Shown in pieces: positions 1-9,263 of a stretch of DNA of 64,000 nt. The notes under the pieces were generated by a model. The model was not told where the DNA came from. It made no database searches and saw only the letters and a list, made by a program, of their open reading frames with translations. The stretch comes from an uncultured Holophagales bacterium. GTDB lineage: Bacteria > Acidobacteriota > Thermoanaerobaculia > Multivoradales > UBA5704. Position numbers and translations under genes: made by a program. Each line of letters starts with the position of its first letter. The stretch's first letter is position 1. The stretch is taken from contig CAWJGT010000003.1 of the NCBI GenBank assembly GCA_963842525.1, forward strand, positions 768,001-832,000, read 5' to 3'.

Positions 1-654
1 GCGACCGGCGCCAGGGTGATGTAGCGCTTGCTCCAGGTGAGGCGCAGGGCGAGGCGGCCGTTGCGGTCATCGACGAAGAGGATGCCTTCGGAGCGGAGCG
101 AGGCGGCGTCGGAGCCGGCCTCGGGCTCGGTCAGGGCGAAGCAGGGGATCTCGTCGCCGCGGGCGAGGCGCGGGAGATACCAGTCCCGCTGCTCGGGCGT
201 GCCGTATGCGAGGAGAAGCTCGCCCGGGCCGACCGAGTTGGGGATGAGCACTACCGCCGAGAGCGCGAGCGATCGCGAGGCGAGCTTGCCGAAGATGGTG
301 GACTGCGCCAGGGCGGAGAAGCCGAGGCCGCCGTAGGCCTCCGGGATCGCCAGACCGAAGAAGCGCTTCTCTTTGAGGTAGCGCCAGACTTCCTCCGGGC
401 AGCTCGCGGGTCTGCCAGAGCTTCCACTCGTCCACCATCCGGCAGGCCTCTTCGACGGGGCCGTCGAGGAAGACCCGTTCGCGCGCCGTCAGCTCCGGAT
501 AGGGCTCGGCGAGCATGCGCCGGAAGTCGGGCCGGCCGGAGAAGAGCTCGCCGTCCACCCAGACCGTGCCGGCCTCCAGGGCCTGGCGCTCGGTCTCGGA
601 GATGCGGGGGATCAAGCCCTTGCGCCGCGCGGTCCGGATCAGCCAGGAGGGCAT
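1..654 (-). CDS. fadE: Acyl-CoA dehydrogenase (FadE-type), N-terminal part; runs off the window edge; frameshift near 395
   Basis: [28 protein letters not shown], then in a shifted frame [56 protein letters not shown]. Confidence 0.85.
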
Positions 655-708
655 GCTCCCAGAGTACCGCATCCGGGGCGGCGAACCGGCCGCCCCGGTG
701 CGGAGGCC

Positions 709-2793
709 CTACCAGCGGTATTCGAGGCCGGCGAAGACCGAGGCGCCGTCGCCGGGGAGGAACTGGGCGGAGTCGCGGCCCCGCGCGTCCGGGATCACGC
801 CGGTGGTGGCCGCGTAGGTCTCGTCCGTCAGGTTCTTGCCTTCGATGAACCCGGCGATGCCCTTGGCCGGCCGGTATCCCAGCTTGAAACCGAGGACGGC
901 GTAGCCTTCGGCAAAGAGCGTGTTGGCGTGGTCGACGGGATAATCGTCGGGGACCCACTCCAGGTTCGGTCCGCCGTAGAAGCCCGAGGCCTGCTGAACG
1001 ACCAGCTCGGTCCGCAGAACGTGCTCGGGGATGCCTGCGAGCTGGTTGTCGCCGTAAATAGGGTCGTTGGAAAACAGGAACCGGTTCCAGTTGTAGACCT
1101 GGCGCAGGGTCAGGTTCCGGCGGTCCCCGCCGAAGCGCAGGGTGAAGCCGACCTCGGCTCCGGAGTGAAGGGTCCTCTGGGCGTTGACCGTGCCCAGCGG
1201 ATTGCCCACGGCGTCGTTGAAGCTGAGGAGCTCGTCGTCCACCCGGGCGTGGTAGAAGGCCACGTCCCAGGCCGCCCGCCGGGCGTGGCCGCGGGTGCCG
1301 ACCTCCACCGTGGTCGCCGTTTGCGCGTCGAGCGGGAGGAGCCCGGTGCCTCCGACGTTGACCAGCTCGCCAAAGGTGGGAGGCTCGAAGCTCCGGCTGA
1401 CGTTGGTGAAGAGCGAGACCGCGGGGGAGACGTCCACCATCAGGCCGAGCTTGGGGCTGACGCCGGTGAACTCCTGGTTGTCGGTCTGGTCGCCGTTGGC
1501 GAGGAATTCGTCGTCGAAGTCCCGCCCCGCCTGCGAAAGCTGGAGGCCGGCCGACAGCCGGACCCCGGGCCACAGCTCCAGACGGTCCTCGGCGTAGAGG
1601 TCCAGGTTGAGGGACGTGGTTGCGCCGCGGGCGGTCGGAGCGCCGCGGTGGCCCCCGACGTTGACGAACCGGTTGTCCTGGAGGAAGCCGAGCGCGGGAC
1701 TGAAGCCGGCGATGAAGACGTTGCTGCGGCCGGCGAAATTGCCGTAGCGCTCATACCGGATGTCGCCGCCGAAGTCGTTGGACTCCTGGTCGAGGACCTG
1801 GAAGATCGGGTGGTCGAGGTTCTTGTACGACCAGAACGTGCCGATGTCGAGCAGGCTGGACGGGCTGAGCCGTACGCTCGTGCGGTTCGAGACGCGGTAG
1901 AGGTCGAAGTCCCGCTTCTGGTCCAAAGCCAGGTTCCCCGGGGCAGCCTGCTCCCGGTTCGTCTCCATCTGGGCGCGGGTCAGGTTGCCGGGAAGCTCGG
2001 AGTCGGTCTTCACCGCGGTGACGAAGAAGCGGGTCTCGCGTCCCTCGCCGAAGCGGTAGCCGAGATTGCCGAAGAAACGCTGGCTGCTCTGGACGCTGTG
2101 CTGGCGGAAGCCGTCCTGCGAGGAGTGGGTCAGGCTGAAGAGCGCGTCGAGCCGCTCGTGCTCGACCGCCGCGCTGGCCTGGCCCCGCAGATAGCCGAAG
2201 GCGCCTCCCTCGACGCGCACCCGGGCCGGGTCGGCGTCGTGGCCGTTCTCGGACACGAAGTTGATCGCGCCGCCCAGCGTCGAGGCGCCGTACTGGAGGG
2301 CGTTGGCGCCGCGGAAGACCTCGATGTAGCGGGCGCTCAGGGGCTCGACGGCCTGGAAGTCGAAGGCGCCGTCGGCGAGGTTGAGCGGCACTCCATCCTG
2401 GAGCAGCTTGAGCCCGCGGCCGTGGAAGGTGCGCTGGAGGCCCGAGCCGCGGATCGAGAGGCGTGCCTCCTCGGAGCCGAAGCGGGGCTGGACGAACACC
2501 CCGGGTGCGAAGTCGAGAGCATCCTTCAGGGTCGAGGTGCGGCCCTGCTTGTAGCTCTCGGCATCCACGAGGCTGGTGCCGCCCGGGACGTCCGCCAGCT
2601 CCTCGGCCGCCGTCTGCGGGCTGGGCAGGGTGAGCGAGGAGTCCTTGTCGCCGCGGACGGTGATCTCCTCTTCATAGGTCGGTGGGGATTCCGGCTCCTC
2701 CGGCTGCGGCGGTGCGTTCTCCGCCGAAGTCTGTGCTGCCAGAACGAAGGACAGCGAAGCAAAGGCACACGCGTGCCTCCACGAAAAAGACAT
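709..2793 (-). CDS. TonB-dependent outer-membrane receptor
   Basis: Signal peptide, TonB-box-like EEITVRG, plug motif LSIRGSG..LLQDGVP..IEVFRGANALQYGASTLGGAINF, C-terminal GKNLTDETY and terminal aromatic residue (YRW). Confidence 0.92.
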   Translation of the reverse strand: MSFSWRHACAFASLSFVLAAQTSAENAPPQPEEPESPPTYEEEITVRGDKDSSLTLPSPQTAAEELADVPGGTSLVDAESYKQGRTSTLKDALDFAPGVFVQPRFGSEEARLSIRGSGLQRTFHGRGLKLLQDGVPLNLADGAFDFQAVEPLSARYIEVFRGANALQYGASTLGGAINFVSENGHDADPARVRVEGGAFGYLRGQASAAVEHERLDALFSLTHSSQDGFRQHSVQSSQRFFGNLGYRFGEGRETRFFVTAVKTDSELPGNLTRAQMETNREQAAPGNLALDQKRDFDLYRVSNRTSVRLSPSSLLDIGTFWSYKNLDHPIFQVLDQESNDFGGDIRYERYGNFAGRSNVFIAGFSPALGFLQDNRFVNVGGHRGAPTARGATTSLNLDLYAEDRLELWPGVRLSAGLQLSQAGRDFDDEFLANGDQTDNQEFTGVSPKLGLMVDVSPAVSLFTNVSRSFEPPTFGELVNVGGTGLLPLDAQTATTVEVGTRGHARRAAWDVAFYHARVDDELLSFNDAVGNPLGTVNAQRTLHSGAEVGFTLRFGGDRRNLTLRQVYNWNRFLFSNDPIYGDNQLAGIPEHVLRTELVVQQASGFYGGPNLEWVPDDYPVDHANTLFAEGYAVLGFKLGYRPAKGIAGFIEGKNLTDETYAATTGVIPDARGRDSAQFLPGDGASVFAGLEYRW

Positions 2794-2850
2794 GGACAGA
2801 CCTCCTTTCCAGGTCGTGCGTGACAGGTCTTCGTTGTTTCAGACGAGACG

Positions 2851-3249
2851 TCAGGCAGCCTGGAAGGAGCGGGGCGGAGGGATTTCTGGAGCGCGCGAGG
2901 GGATGCGCGGCAGCCGGTAGGCCGCCTCCAGGGCAGCACCGGCGGGCTCGCGGCTGGACGGGGCTTCGCAGACGCGCTCGACCAGCCAGCCACGCAGGGC
3001 GAAGCTGGCGAACAGGACGTCTCCCGTGGCCGGCTGGCGTTGCCGCTTCATGGAGCAGGTCATCTGGACGCCGCCGTCGCAGTGAGCTCCATGAGGAGCG
3101 ATCAGCCGGCAGAAACAGCCGTTCTTCATCCCGCACGCGCAGGTGTGCTCGGAGAGGAACAAGGCTCCGGCGGGCGCCAGAAGCACGGCCAGCAGGCACA
3201 CTGCACTCAGACGGGTGGCCGGCCGGCGCAGGAAGGGACGCGCGGACAT
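2851..3249 (-). CDS. Small Cys/His-rich exported leader protein (DUF2946/CruR-like) upstream of the TonB receptor
   Basis: N-terminal hydrophobic segment, HTCACGMKNGCFC..HGAHC..TCSM, C-terminal RAPEIPPPR; directly upstream of and co-oriented with the receptor. Confidence 0.6.
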   Translation of the reverse strand: MSARPFLRRPATRLSAVCLLAVLLAPAGALFLSEHTCACGMKNGCFCRLIAPHGAHCDGGVQMTCSMKRQRQPATGDVLFASFALRGWLVERVCEAPSSREPAGAALEAAYRLPRIPSRAPEIPPPRSFQAA

Positions 3250-3322
3250 CTTCCTCAGTCTACACCTGGAATAGAGATCTGTTGCAAAGGGCGAGCAGGA
3301 AGCTCATCTGGAGGCGAAAACC

Positions 3323-4291
3323 ATGAACCGGCAGATCACGGGTATCCACCACGTCACCGCCATTGCGCGGGACCCGCAGGCGAACCTCGACTTCTATACC
3401 GGAGTGCTGGGGCTGCGGCTGGTGAAGAAGACGATCAATTTCGACGACCCGGGCACCTATCACTTCTATTATGGGGACGAGCAGGGACGGCCCGGCACCA
3501 TCCTGACCTTCTTTCCCTGGCCGATGGCGCGGCTCGGCTCGCACGGCGCCGGCCAGGCGACGGTGACCTCCTTCTCGGTCCCCGAAGGCTCGCTCGGCGC
3601 CTGGCAGGAGCGGCTGGACCGGCTCGGAGTGACGTTCGAGGCGCCGCGGGAACGCTTCGACGAGGAGGTCCTGACCCTGCTCGACCCGGACGGCCTCAAG
3701 CTCGAGCTGGTGGCCCGTGCGGATGACGACCGTACGCCCTGGCTGGCCGGTCCGGTGCCGCCCGGGCAGGCCATCCGCGGCTTCGACGGCGTGACCCTGA
3801 CCGAGTGGAACCCGGAGGTGACCGCCCGCGTGCTGGATGGTGTCCTGGGCTTCCGCGCCGCCGGCGAGCAGCGCGACCGCTTCCGCTTCGAGGCCGGCGC
3901 CGGCGGTCCGGGCACCCGGGTGGACGTCGTCGCCAAACCGGACGCACCGCGCGGCCATGTGGCGGCGGGCACGGTCCATCACGTGGCCTGGCGCACGCCG
4001 GACGACGCGCAGCAGAAGGCCTGGCACGAAGAGCTGGCCGGGCTCGGCTTCCACGTCAGCGCGATCCTGGACCGGCAGTACTTCCACTCGATCTACTTCC
4101 GCGAGCCGGGCGGGGTGCTCTTCGAGATCGCGACCGATCCGCCGGGCTTCACCCTCGACGAGACAGTCGAGAGCCTGGGCTCCGGGCTGCGGCTGCCGCC
4201 GTGGCTGGAGCCGGAGAGGAAAGAGATCGAGGCGATCCTGCCGAACGTCGAGGTGCGGCAGGTGGCCGAGAAAGTGGGAGGTGAGAGATGA
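3323..4291 (+). CDS. Ring-cleaving dioxygenase (two VOC/glyoxalase domains, MhqO-like)
   Basis: GIHHVTAI, LVKKTINFDDPGTYHFYYGD, GTVHHVAWR, DRQYFHSIYFREPGGVLFEIATD. Confidence 0.92.
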   Translation: MNRQITGIHHVTAIARDPQANLDFYTGVLGLRLVKKTINFDDPGTYHFYYGDEQGRPGTILTFFPWPMARLGSHGAGQATVTSFSVPEGSLGAWQERLDRLGVTFEAPRERFDEEVLTLLDPDGLKLELVARADDDRTPWLAGPVPPGQAIRGFDGVTLTEWNPEVTARVLDGVLGFRAAGEQRDRFRFEAGAGGPGTRVDVVAKPDAPRGHVAAGTVHHVAWRTPDDAQQKAWHEELAGLGFHVSAILDRQYFHSIYFREPGGVLFEIATDPPGFTLDETVESLGSGLRLPPWLEPERKEIEAILPNVEVRQVAEKVGGER

Positions 4292-4923
4292 AGGCGTCGC
4301 CGCATCGGGGTCAGCCCGTGCTCGCAGCGGGCCGGTCCCTGGACGAGGCCGATGCGGCCATGGTGATGGTCCATGGCCGCGGCGCCACGGCCGAGGACAT
4401 CCTGAGCCTGGCGGGTGAGCTGGAGAGGCCGGAGCTGGCATACCTGGCACCGCAGGCGGCGGGGTACACCTGGTATCCGTACAGCTTCCTCGCGCCGATG
4501 GAGCAGAACGAGCCGGGGCTCTCGTCGGGCCTGGAAGTCCTGGGCGACCTGCTCCGCCACCTGGAGGCGCACGGCATCCCGGCCGAGCGCACGGTCCTCC
4601 TGGGCTTTTCGCAGGGCGCCTGCCTGACGCTCGAATACGCGGCGCGCAACGCCCGGCGGTATGGTGGTGTAGTGGCTCTCTCCGGCGGCCTCATCGGTCC
4701 GCCGGGCACGCCGCGGGACTATGAAGGCTCCTTCGCGGGCACGCCCATCTTCCTCGGTTGCAGCGACCGCGACCCGCACATCCCCAGGGACCGGGTGGAC
4801 GAGAGCGCCGAGGTCGTCCGCAGGATGGGCGCCGAGGTGACCGAGCGGATCTATCCGGCCATGGGGCACACCGTCAACGAGGACGAGTTGAGCTTCGTCC
4901 GCGATCTGGTGAAGACGCTCTGA
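4288..4923 (+). CDS. Phospholipase/carboxylesterase (alpha/beta hydrolase, MhqD-like)
   Basis: HGRG, GFSQG nucleophile elbow, DRDPHIP, GHTV; ATGA overlap with the dioxygenase stop. Confidence 0.9.
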   Translation: MKASPHRGQPVLAAGRSLDEADAAMVMVHGRGATAEDILSLAGELERPELAYLAPQAAGYTWYPYSFLAPMEQNEPGLSSGLEVLGDLLRHLEAHGIPAERTVLLGFSQGACLTLEYAARNARRYGGVVALSGGLIGPPGTPRDYEGSFAGTPIFLGCSDRDPHIPRDRVDESAEVVRRMGAEVTERIYPAMGHTVNEDELSFVRDLVKTL

Positions 4924-5210
4924 CTATTTCCTTTTTCGTACCCAATCCGGGTCGGTGCGACTCCGAGTTGGACGATCCGTCCCGGCGTGCCCAGATCCTT
5001 TCTCCGCAGACCCAGGTCAGAGCCCAGGAACTCGCGGATCGCGACGAGGACGCGTTCCGCGTTCTCCCCGGTCGGTTCGATGTAGATGTCGAAATCCTTG
5101 GTGGCTCTGGGGCGGGCATGCAGGGCTACGGCGTGGGCGCCGATGATGAGGTACCTAGCCCCACTTCTGTTTAACGACTCGACAAACTCTTCGTAGTCGC
5201 GGTATCTCAC
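4924..5210 (-). pseudogene. Truncated nucleotidyltransferase-family gene (TA-like)
   Basis: YLIIGAHAVALHARPRATKDFD matches the NTase G..DxD motif; similarity ends at GVAPTRI, where it collides with the convergent esterase gene. Confidence 0.65.
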
Positions 5211-5388
5211 TCACGCCTCGCGCCTTGAGACTGGAGAGCAGGCAGTCCTGGACGGCGTTGACCCGCTCCTCGGGTGAAAGCTCCTCATACCAGAAACGGA
5301 AGTCCTCTTCCTCGGACTCGTCCAGATCCAGGATCCGGGCTTCCCAGAGCCTCCCGTGCCGATCGACGGCCGTCCCTCGCCGTTCCAT
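5155..5388 (-). CDS. Small partner protein of the nucleotidyltransferase (antitoxin-like)
   Basis: DFRFWYEELSPEERVNAV..PRLRRVCRVVK pattern typical of small ORFs overlapping such NTase genes. Confidence 0.5.
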   Translation of the reverse strand: MERRGTAVDRHGRLWEARILDLDESEEEDFRFWYEELSPEERVNAVQDCLLSSLKARGVSEIPRLRRVCRVVKQKWG

Positions 5389-5543
5389 GCGACAGACGTT
5401 AGCACGGCCCTGGCGCATCAGCACCGGATAAGGCCCTCGAAGAGGCCCAGGGCGTGATGCGGAAGGACTTCATCTGGAACCTGGAGCAGCTCAAGGCCGA
5501 GTGGACGAAACAGCGGTGAGGCGATCCTCTGTCAGATGGGAGA

Positions 5544-5762
5544 TCACAGCTCGTCGATGCCCATCTGCCTCGTCCGTCCGGCCTTGAAATCGGCGAGGGC
5601 CTTATCCGCCAGCTTCTCAAGCTGGTCGCTCGACCGGGCGAGGGTCTGATCCCACTTCGCTTCCCCATGGATGTCATCCAGAAGCTGTTGCGCAATCTCG
5701 TCCTGGAGTGTTTCGGGCAACCTCGAAGCCTCTTCAAACGCCTTAGCCAGAAGCTGAGTCAT
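5544..5762 (-). CDS. Small antitoxin-like protein (no toxin downstream)
   Basis: MTQLLAKAFEEASRLPETLQDEIA..WD...SSDQLEKLADKALADFKAGRT; AAGGAG ribosome-binding site. Confidence 0.65.
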   Translation of the reverse strand: MTQLLAKAFEEASRLPETLQDEIAQQLLDDIHGEAKWDQTLARSSDQLEKLADKALADFKAGRTRQMGIDEL

Positions 5763-5870
5763 CTCAGATCTCCTTCGTTGCTTCTCCGAGGTAAGTATGA
5801 CATGGGGCGAGGCGATTGCACCTCACCCCGCCGCGATCCACGGCATCCTGTCTTCGGTCATCTCCCGCCC

Positions 5871-7379
5871 CTACTTTTTCTCCCGAGGATGCATCAGGCG
5901 GAGGACTCCGAGCAGGCTCTGGGGCGCATGGGCGCTGGTGCGCCACTTGCGGCTCCCCGCTGCCAGGCGCTCGGCTTCGCGGTGCGACGACGGGTTGCCC
6001 GCCACCAGCATGCCCACCGCGGGCAGGCCGCTCGCCTCCAGCCGCTGGACGACCTGGCGGACGGTGTCCAGGGCCTCGGCCCCGTCCAGCCAGCCGAGGA
6101 CGCCGGCGCAGCTCGGCACGATGGCTGCGACCTGCGGCTGGGCGGCGGCGGTGAGCACCTGGACGTGGAGCGCGAGCTTGCCCTTGGGGCTGGCGAACGT
6201 GGCGCTCCCGGCTTGGCGGAGCTCGACCTGCTCGACCAGCTTCTGGAGCCCTTCGTTGCGGGGGAACCCGGGGGCGCGCTCGATCAGGCGTCGCAGGTCC
6301 GGCCAGATCGCTGGCTCCACCAGGACCAGGTAGGGGAGAGCGGCGGCGGGGAGGCCGGCTGCGGCGGCGGACGCGACCAGGTCGGCGATGGCCACGTCGA
6401 ATACGATGGCATTCGAGATCTCCATCGTGTTCTGGGGCGCCGGGTCGGGGACCTGGTCGCGAGGGGCGATCAGTCCATGCTCGACCAGCCAGGCGACGGC
6501 GAGCCGGGTGGTGAGCGGGGCCTCGGTCTCGTCCATGATGAGGTCGAAGAGGCGCGAGCCGGGCTGCTTGAGGAGCCGGGAAAGGATGCGCTGGAGCGGG
6601 AGGTGGGAGAGCTCGCCGGCGTCCTTGAGCAGGGTCCCGCTCATGGCGACCAGGGGCTCGCCGGTGGCGGGGAGGAAGCGGCGGCGCTTGTCCATCTCGT
6701 CCTTGAGCCAAGCCGCCCGCATCAAAAGCTCGTTCATGGGCAGGTGCTCGGGCGGCTGAGTCCGCGGCTCACCGCCTTCGTCGAAGCGGAAGCTTCCCTC
6801 CTCGGTGCAGAGCAGGGCGAGCAAGGCCTCGCTGCCGCGCAACCCCTGCCAGCGGGCGGCGACCAGCTCTCCCTGAGCGAGCTCGACAGCCCCCGAGCCG
6901 CCGGGGCCGCGCACCCGGAGGTGTCCACTCTTGCCTACTTGCCGGAGGTACTGGAGCACGGCCCAGAGCGGATGCCCGGCGAGGTCCCCCTGCAGGAGCT
7001 GGAGGCTGGCCACCCGGCTGCCGAGCAGGCGCTCCACCCGGATCTCCAGCTCTTCGAGGTCGAAGGGGCGGGCCAGGTATTCGTCGGCGCCTGCGCGAAG
7101 AGCCGCCACCCGCTGGGCCGGATCGGCGTCGTCGGAGAGCACAGCCACGCCGACGGTCCGGGTGCCCGGCCGGCCGCGCAGCGCCGCCACAGACACGAGC
7201 GCAGCCAGCGCGGGCAGATCGAGAACCACCAGGTCCGCATGGCCCTCGTCAGCCGTCTCGGCCACCCGATCGGCGCTGCCGAGGATCTCGACCTGATGGC
7301 CGGCCACGCGCAGCCGATCTTCGAGCACGGCCGCGAAGACCGGGTCCTTCTCGATCACCAGAATCTTGGCCACGGGCAC
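5871..7379 (-). CDS. Response regulator receiver + DUF4388 (PatA-N-like) domain protein
   Basis: KILVIE..DLVVLDL..GADEYLARPFD receiver; LQGDL...LQYLRQVGKSGHLRV..GELVAA..EGSFRF. Confidence 0.75.
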   Translation of the reverse strand: MPVAKILVIEKDPVFAAVLEDRLRVAGHQVEILGSADRVAETADEGHADLVVLDLPALAALVSVAALRGRPGTRTVGVAVLSDDADPAQRVAALRAGADEYLARPFDLEELEIRVERLLGSRVASLQLLQGDLAGHPLWAVLQYLRQVGKSGHLRVRGPGGSGAVELAQGELVAARWQGLRGSEALLALLCTEEGSFRFDEGGEPRTQPPEHLPMNELLMRAAWLKDEMDKRRRFLPATGEPLVAMSGTLLKDAGELSHLPLQRILSRLLKQPGSRLFDLIMDETEAPLTTRLAVAWLVEHGLIAPRDQVPDPAPQNTMEISNAIVFDVAIADLVASAAAAGLPAAALPYLVLVEPAIWPDLRRLIERAPGFPRNEGLQKLVEQVELRQAGSATFASPKGKLALHVQVLTAAAQPQVAAIVPSCAGVLGWLDGAEALDTVRQVVQRLEASGLPAVGMLVAGNPSSHREAERLAAGSRKWRTSAHAPQSLLGVLRLMHPREKK

Positions 7380-7400
7380 CTCGCTCGATTCCGGGCCATT

Positions 7401-7826
7401 CTATCTGTCCGTAATGGAGGCGGTGCGCGGCGAGTGCAACTCGATCGGGAGGTGCCGGGCAAAGTCCCCGAAGTCCCCATCCGTGGTCAGGATCGGTATC
7501 CCATGGCGTTCGGCGACGGCACAGAGGAGAAAGTCTGTGTTCGACCCCTGGATGCCCTTGGATCTGCACAGGTTGAAGAATTCGGCCGCCCTCTCATGGT
7601 CGGTCGTCACGAGGGGGAGGTCCGGGAAGGCGCCCAGGTGGTGCCGCAACCTGTGGAACTGAGCGGGCTCGCGAATCCCGGAGAGGACCTCCTGGCGAAT
7701 CGGACCGATGAGGCGAGCGCGCGCCTCCCAGATAAGGTGGCGAAGCTCTGGGACCACAGGGTGAGACACAGGCTTCCGGCGGCGGAAGGCCAGGGACCAG
7801 ACGCTGGTGTCGACCAGCACGCTCAT
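7401..7826 (-). CDS. vapC: VapC PIN-domain toxin
   Basis: VLVDTSVWS, IRQEVLSG, TDFLLCAVA, ILTTDGDF acidic PIN motifs. Confidence 0.9.
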   Translation of the reverse strand: MSVLVDTSVWSLAFRRRKPVSHPVVPELRHLIWEARARLIGPIRQEVLSGIREPAQFHRLRHHLGAFPDLPLVTTDHERAAEFFNLCRSKGIQGSNTDFLLCAVAERHGIPILTTDGDFGDFARHLPIELHSPRTASITDR

Positions 7827-8023
7827 CTCCGCCGCCGCTGCTCCTTGTAGTCGTACGCCGGGTCGTAGTCGATCTTGCCGAAGAGGTCGAGGATCTGGAG
7901 CTGCTTCCGGCGCTCGATGTACTCCTTGAGCGCCTCGTTGACCGTCGCCTTCTTCGTCCGGTGCCCTCCGAGGCGAAGCGCCTCCTCCAGGAGCCCGTCA
8001 TCGATCGCCAGGTTCGTCGGCAT
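7823..8023 (-). CDS. vapB: VapB-family antitoxin
   Basis: MPTNLAIDDGLLEEALRLGGHRTKKATVNEALKEY; ATGA overlap with vapC. Confidence 0.9.
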   Translation of the reverse strand: MPTNLAIDDGLLEEALRLGGHRTKKATVNEALKEYIERRKQLQILDLFGKIDYDPAYDYKEQRRRR

Positions 8024-8095
8024 CGTGTGCCCTCCCTGTCTACACAATAGCACAGCCGGAAATGTGTGAAGGGGACGCGGTGAGCGGTCTCAAAG

Positions 8096-8684
8096 CGCTG
8101 ACTCAGCGCACGCTCCGCAAAGCCAGAGTCAGCTCGCGCTGGCGCAATGTCCCGGGACGCTGGCTCAGCGTACGCTCCGCAAACCCAGCGTGAGCTCACG
8201 CTGGAGCAGAGTCCCGGGACGCTGGTTCAGCGTGCGTTCCGCAAACCCAGCGTGAGCTCACGCTGGCGCAGAGTCCCGGGACGCTGGCTCAGCGTGCGCT
8301 CCGCAAACCCAGCGTGAGCTCACGCTGGCGCAGAGTCCCGGGACGCTGGCTCAGCGTGCGCTCCGCAAACCCAGCGTGAGCTCACGCTGGCGCAGAGTCC
8401 CGGGACGCTGGCTCAGCGTGCGCTCCGCAAACCCAGCGTGAGCTCACGCTGGCGCAGAGTCCCGGGGCGCTGGCTCAGCGTGCGCTCCGCAAACCCAGCG
8501 TGAGCTCACGCTGGCGCAGAGTCCCGGGACGCTGGCCCAGCGTACGCTCCGCAAACCCAGCGTGAGCTCACGCTGGCGCAGAGTCCCGGGACGCTGGCCC
8601 AGCGTACGCTCCGCAAAACCAGCGTGAGCTCACGCTGGCGCAGAGTCCCGGGACGCTGGCCCAGCGTACGCTCGCAAAACCAGC
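8096..8684. repeat. Tandem array of a 62-bp palindrome-rich unit, about 9.5 copies
   Basis: Unit CGCTGGCTCAGCGTGCGCTCCGCAAACCCAGCGTGAGCTCACGCTGGCGCAGAGTCCCGGGA; 20-bp palindrome CCAGCGTGAGCTCACGCTGG at 8185, 8247, 8309, 8371, 8433, 8495, 8557, 8619 (degenerate copy at 8123). Confidence 0.97.
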
Positions 8685-8775
8685 TTTCACGCCCGGCGGC
8701 ACACATTGAACGTCCGCCAACACGCAACACCCATCGGCACGACGGAACGCGGCGTTGGTGGCTGCGGGGGCCTTG

Positions 8776-8833
8776 GAGACGCCCTGGCCGCGGTGGTCAC
8801 CACAGGCGCGGTGGTCGCGGACTAGGGCGTCTC
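8776..8833. repeat. Imperfect inverted repeat (hairpin)
   Basis: GAGACGCCCT...AGGGCGTCTC outer arms, with internal GCGGTGGTC direct repeat. Confidence 0.6.
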
Positions 8834-9126
8834 TACACACGGACGCGTGAGGAATGGACGGTCGTAGGACTGGACGCGATGTAGAGGAGATCACCCGACT
8901 GGAGAATCTCGTCCCAGACCTCGGTTCGAGGCGGCAATTCCCCGACGAGTTGGTGACCCGACAGGACCGGGAGATCCGTCAGTGGCTCCTTGCCCTGGAT
9001 CCTTTCGGCTCTGTAGAGAGCTATGGCCTCGCGGACCAGATCGTCGAAGAGTCGGTTCCTGGCTTCTGCTGCTTGCCGGAAGGCCTCGTAATCGGAGTCC
9101 GGTACGGAGACAGAGAAAGTTCTCAT
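8833..9126 (-). CDS. CopG/RHH-like antitoxin; cognate toxin not found
   Basis: MRTFSVSVPDSDYEAFRQAAEARNRLFDDLVREAIALY ribbon-helix-helix pattern. Confidence 0.6.
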   Translation of the reverse strand: MRTFSVSVPDSDYEAFRQAAEARNRLFDDLVREAIALYRAERIQGKEPLTDLPVLSGHQLVGELPPRTEVWDEILQSGDLLYIASSPTTVHSSRVRV

Positions 9127-9263
9127 GAGTACGTATCATACAAGCTTGGTCTGAGGCCGTCAATTCTCCGCCCCCGCCTCGTGGTAGTCTCCCTTCCGCC
9201 TTGCCGAGGCACTCTTATGCCTTGGTGGGGGCGGTCCCTTTCATCGCTCATCTGGAACGAGGC

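Noticed and set aside
8096-8684. 62-bp arrays as CRISPR arrays or coding repeats
   Set aside because: Units are contiguous with no unique spacers, and the period is not divisible by 3. The overlapping ORFs are shadows of the repeat.
8776-8833. Integron attC site explaining the TA cassettes
   Set aside because: It lacks RYYYAAC/GTTRRRY ends, there is no integron integrase, and the cassettes share no common flanking site.
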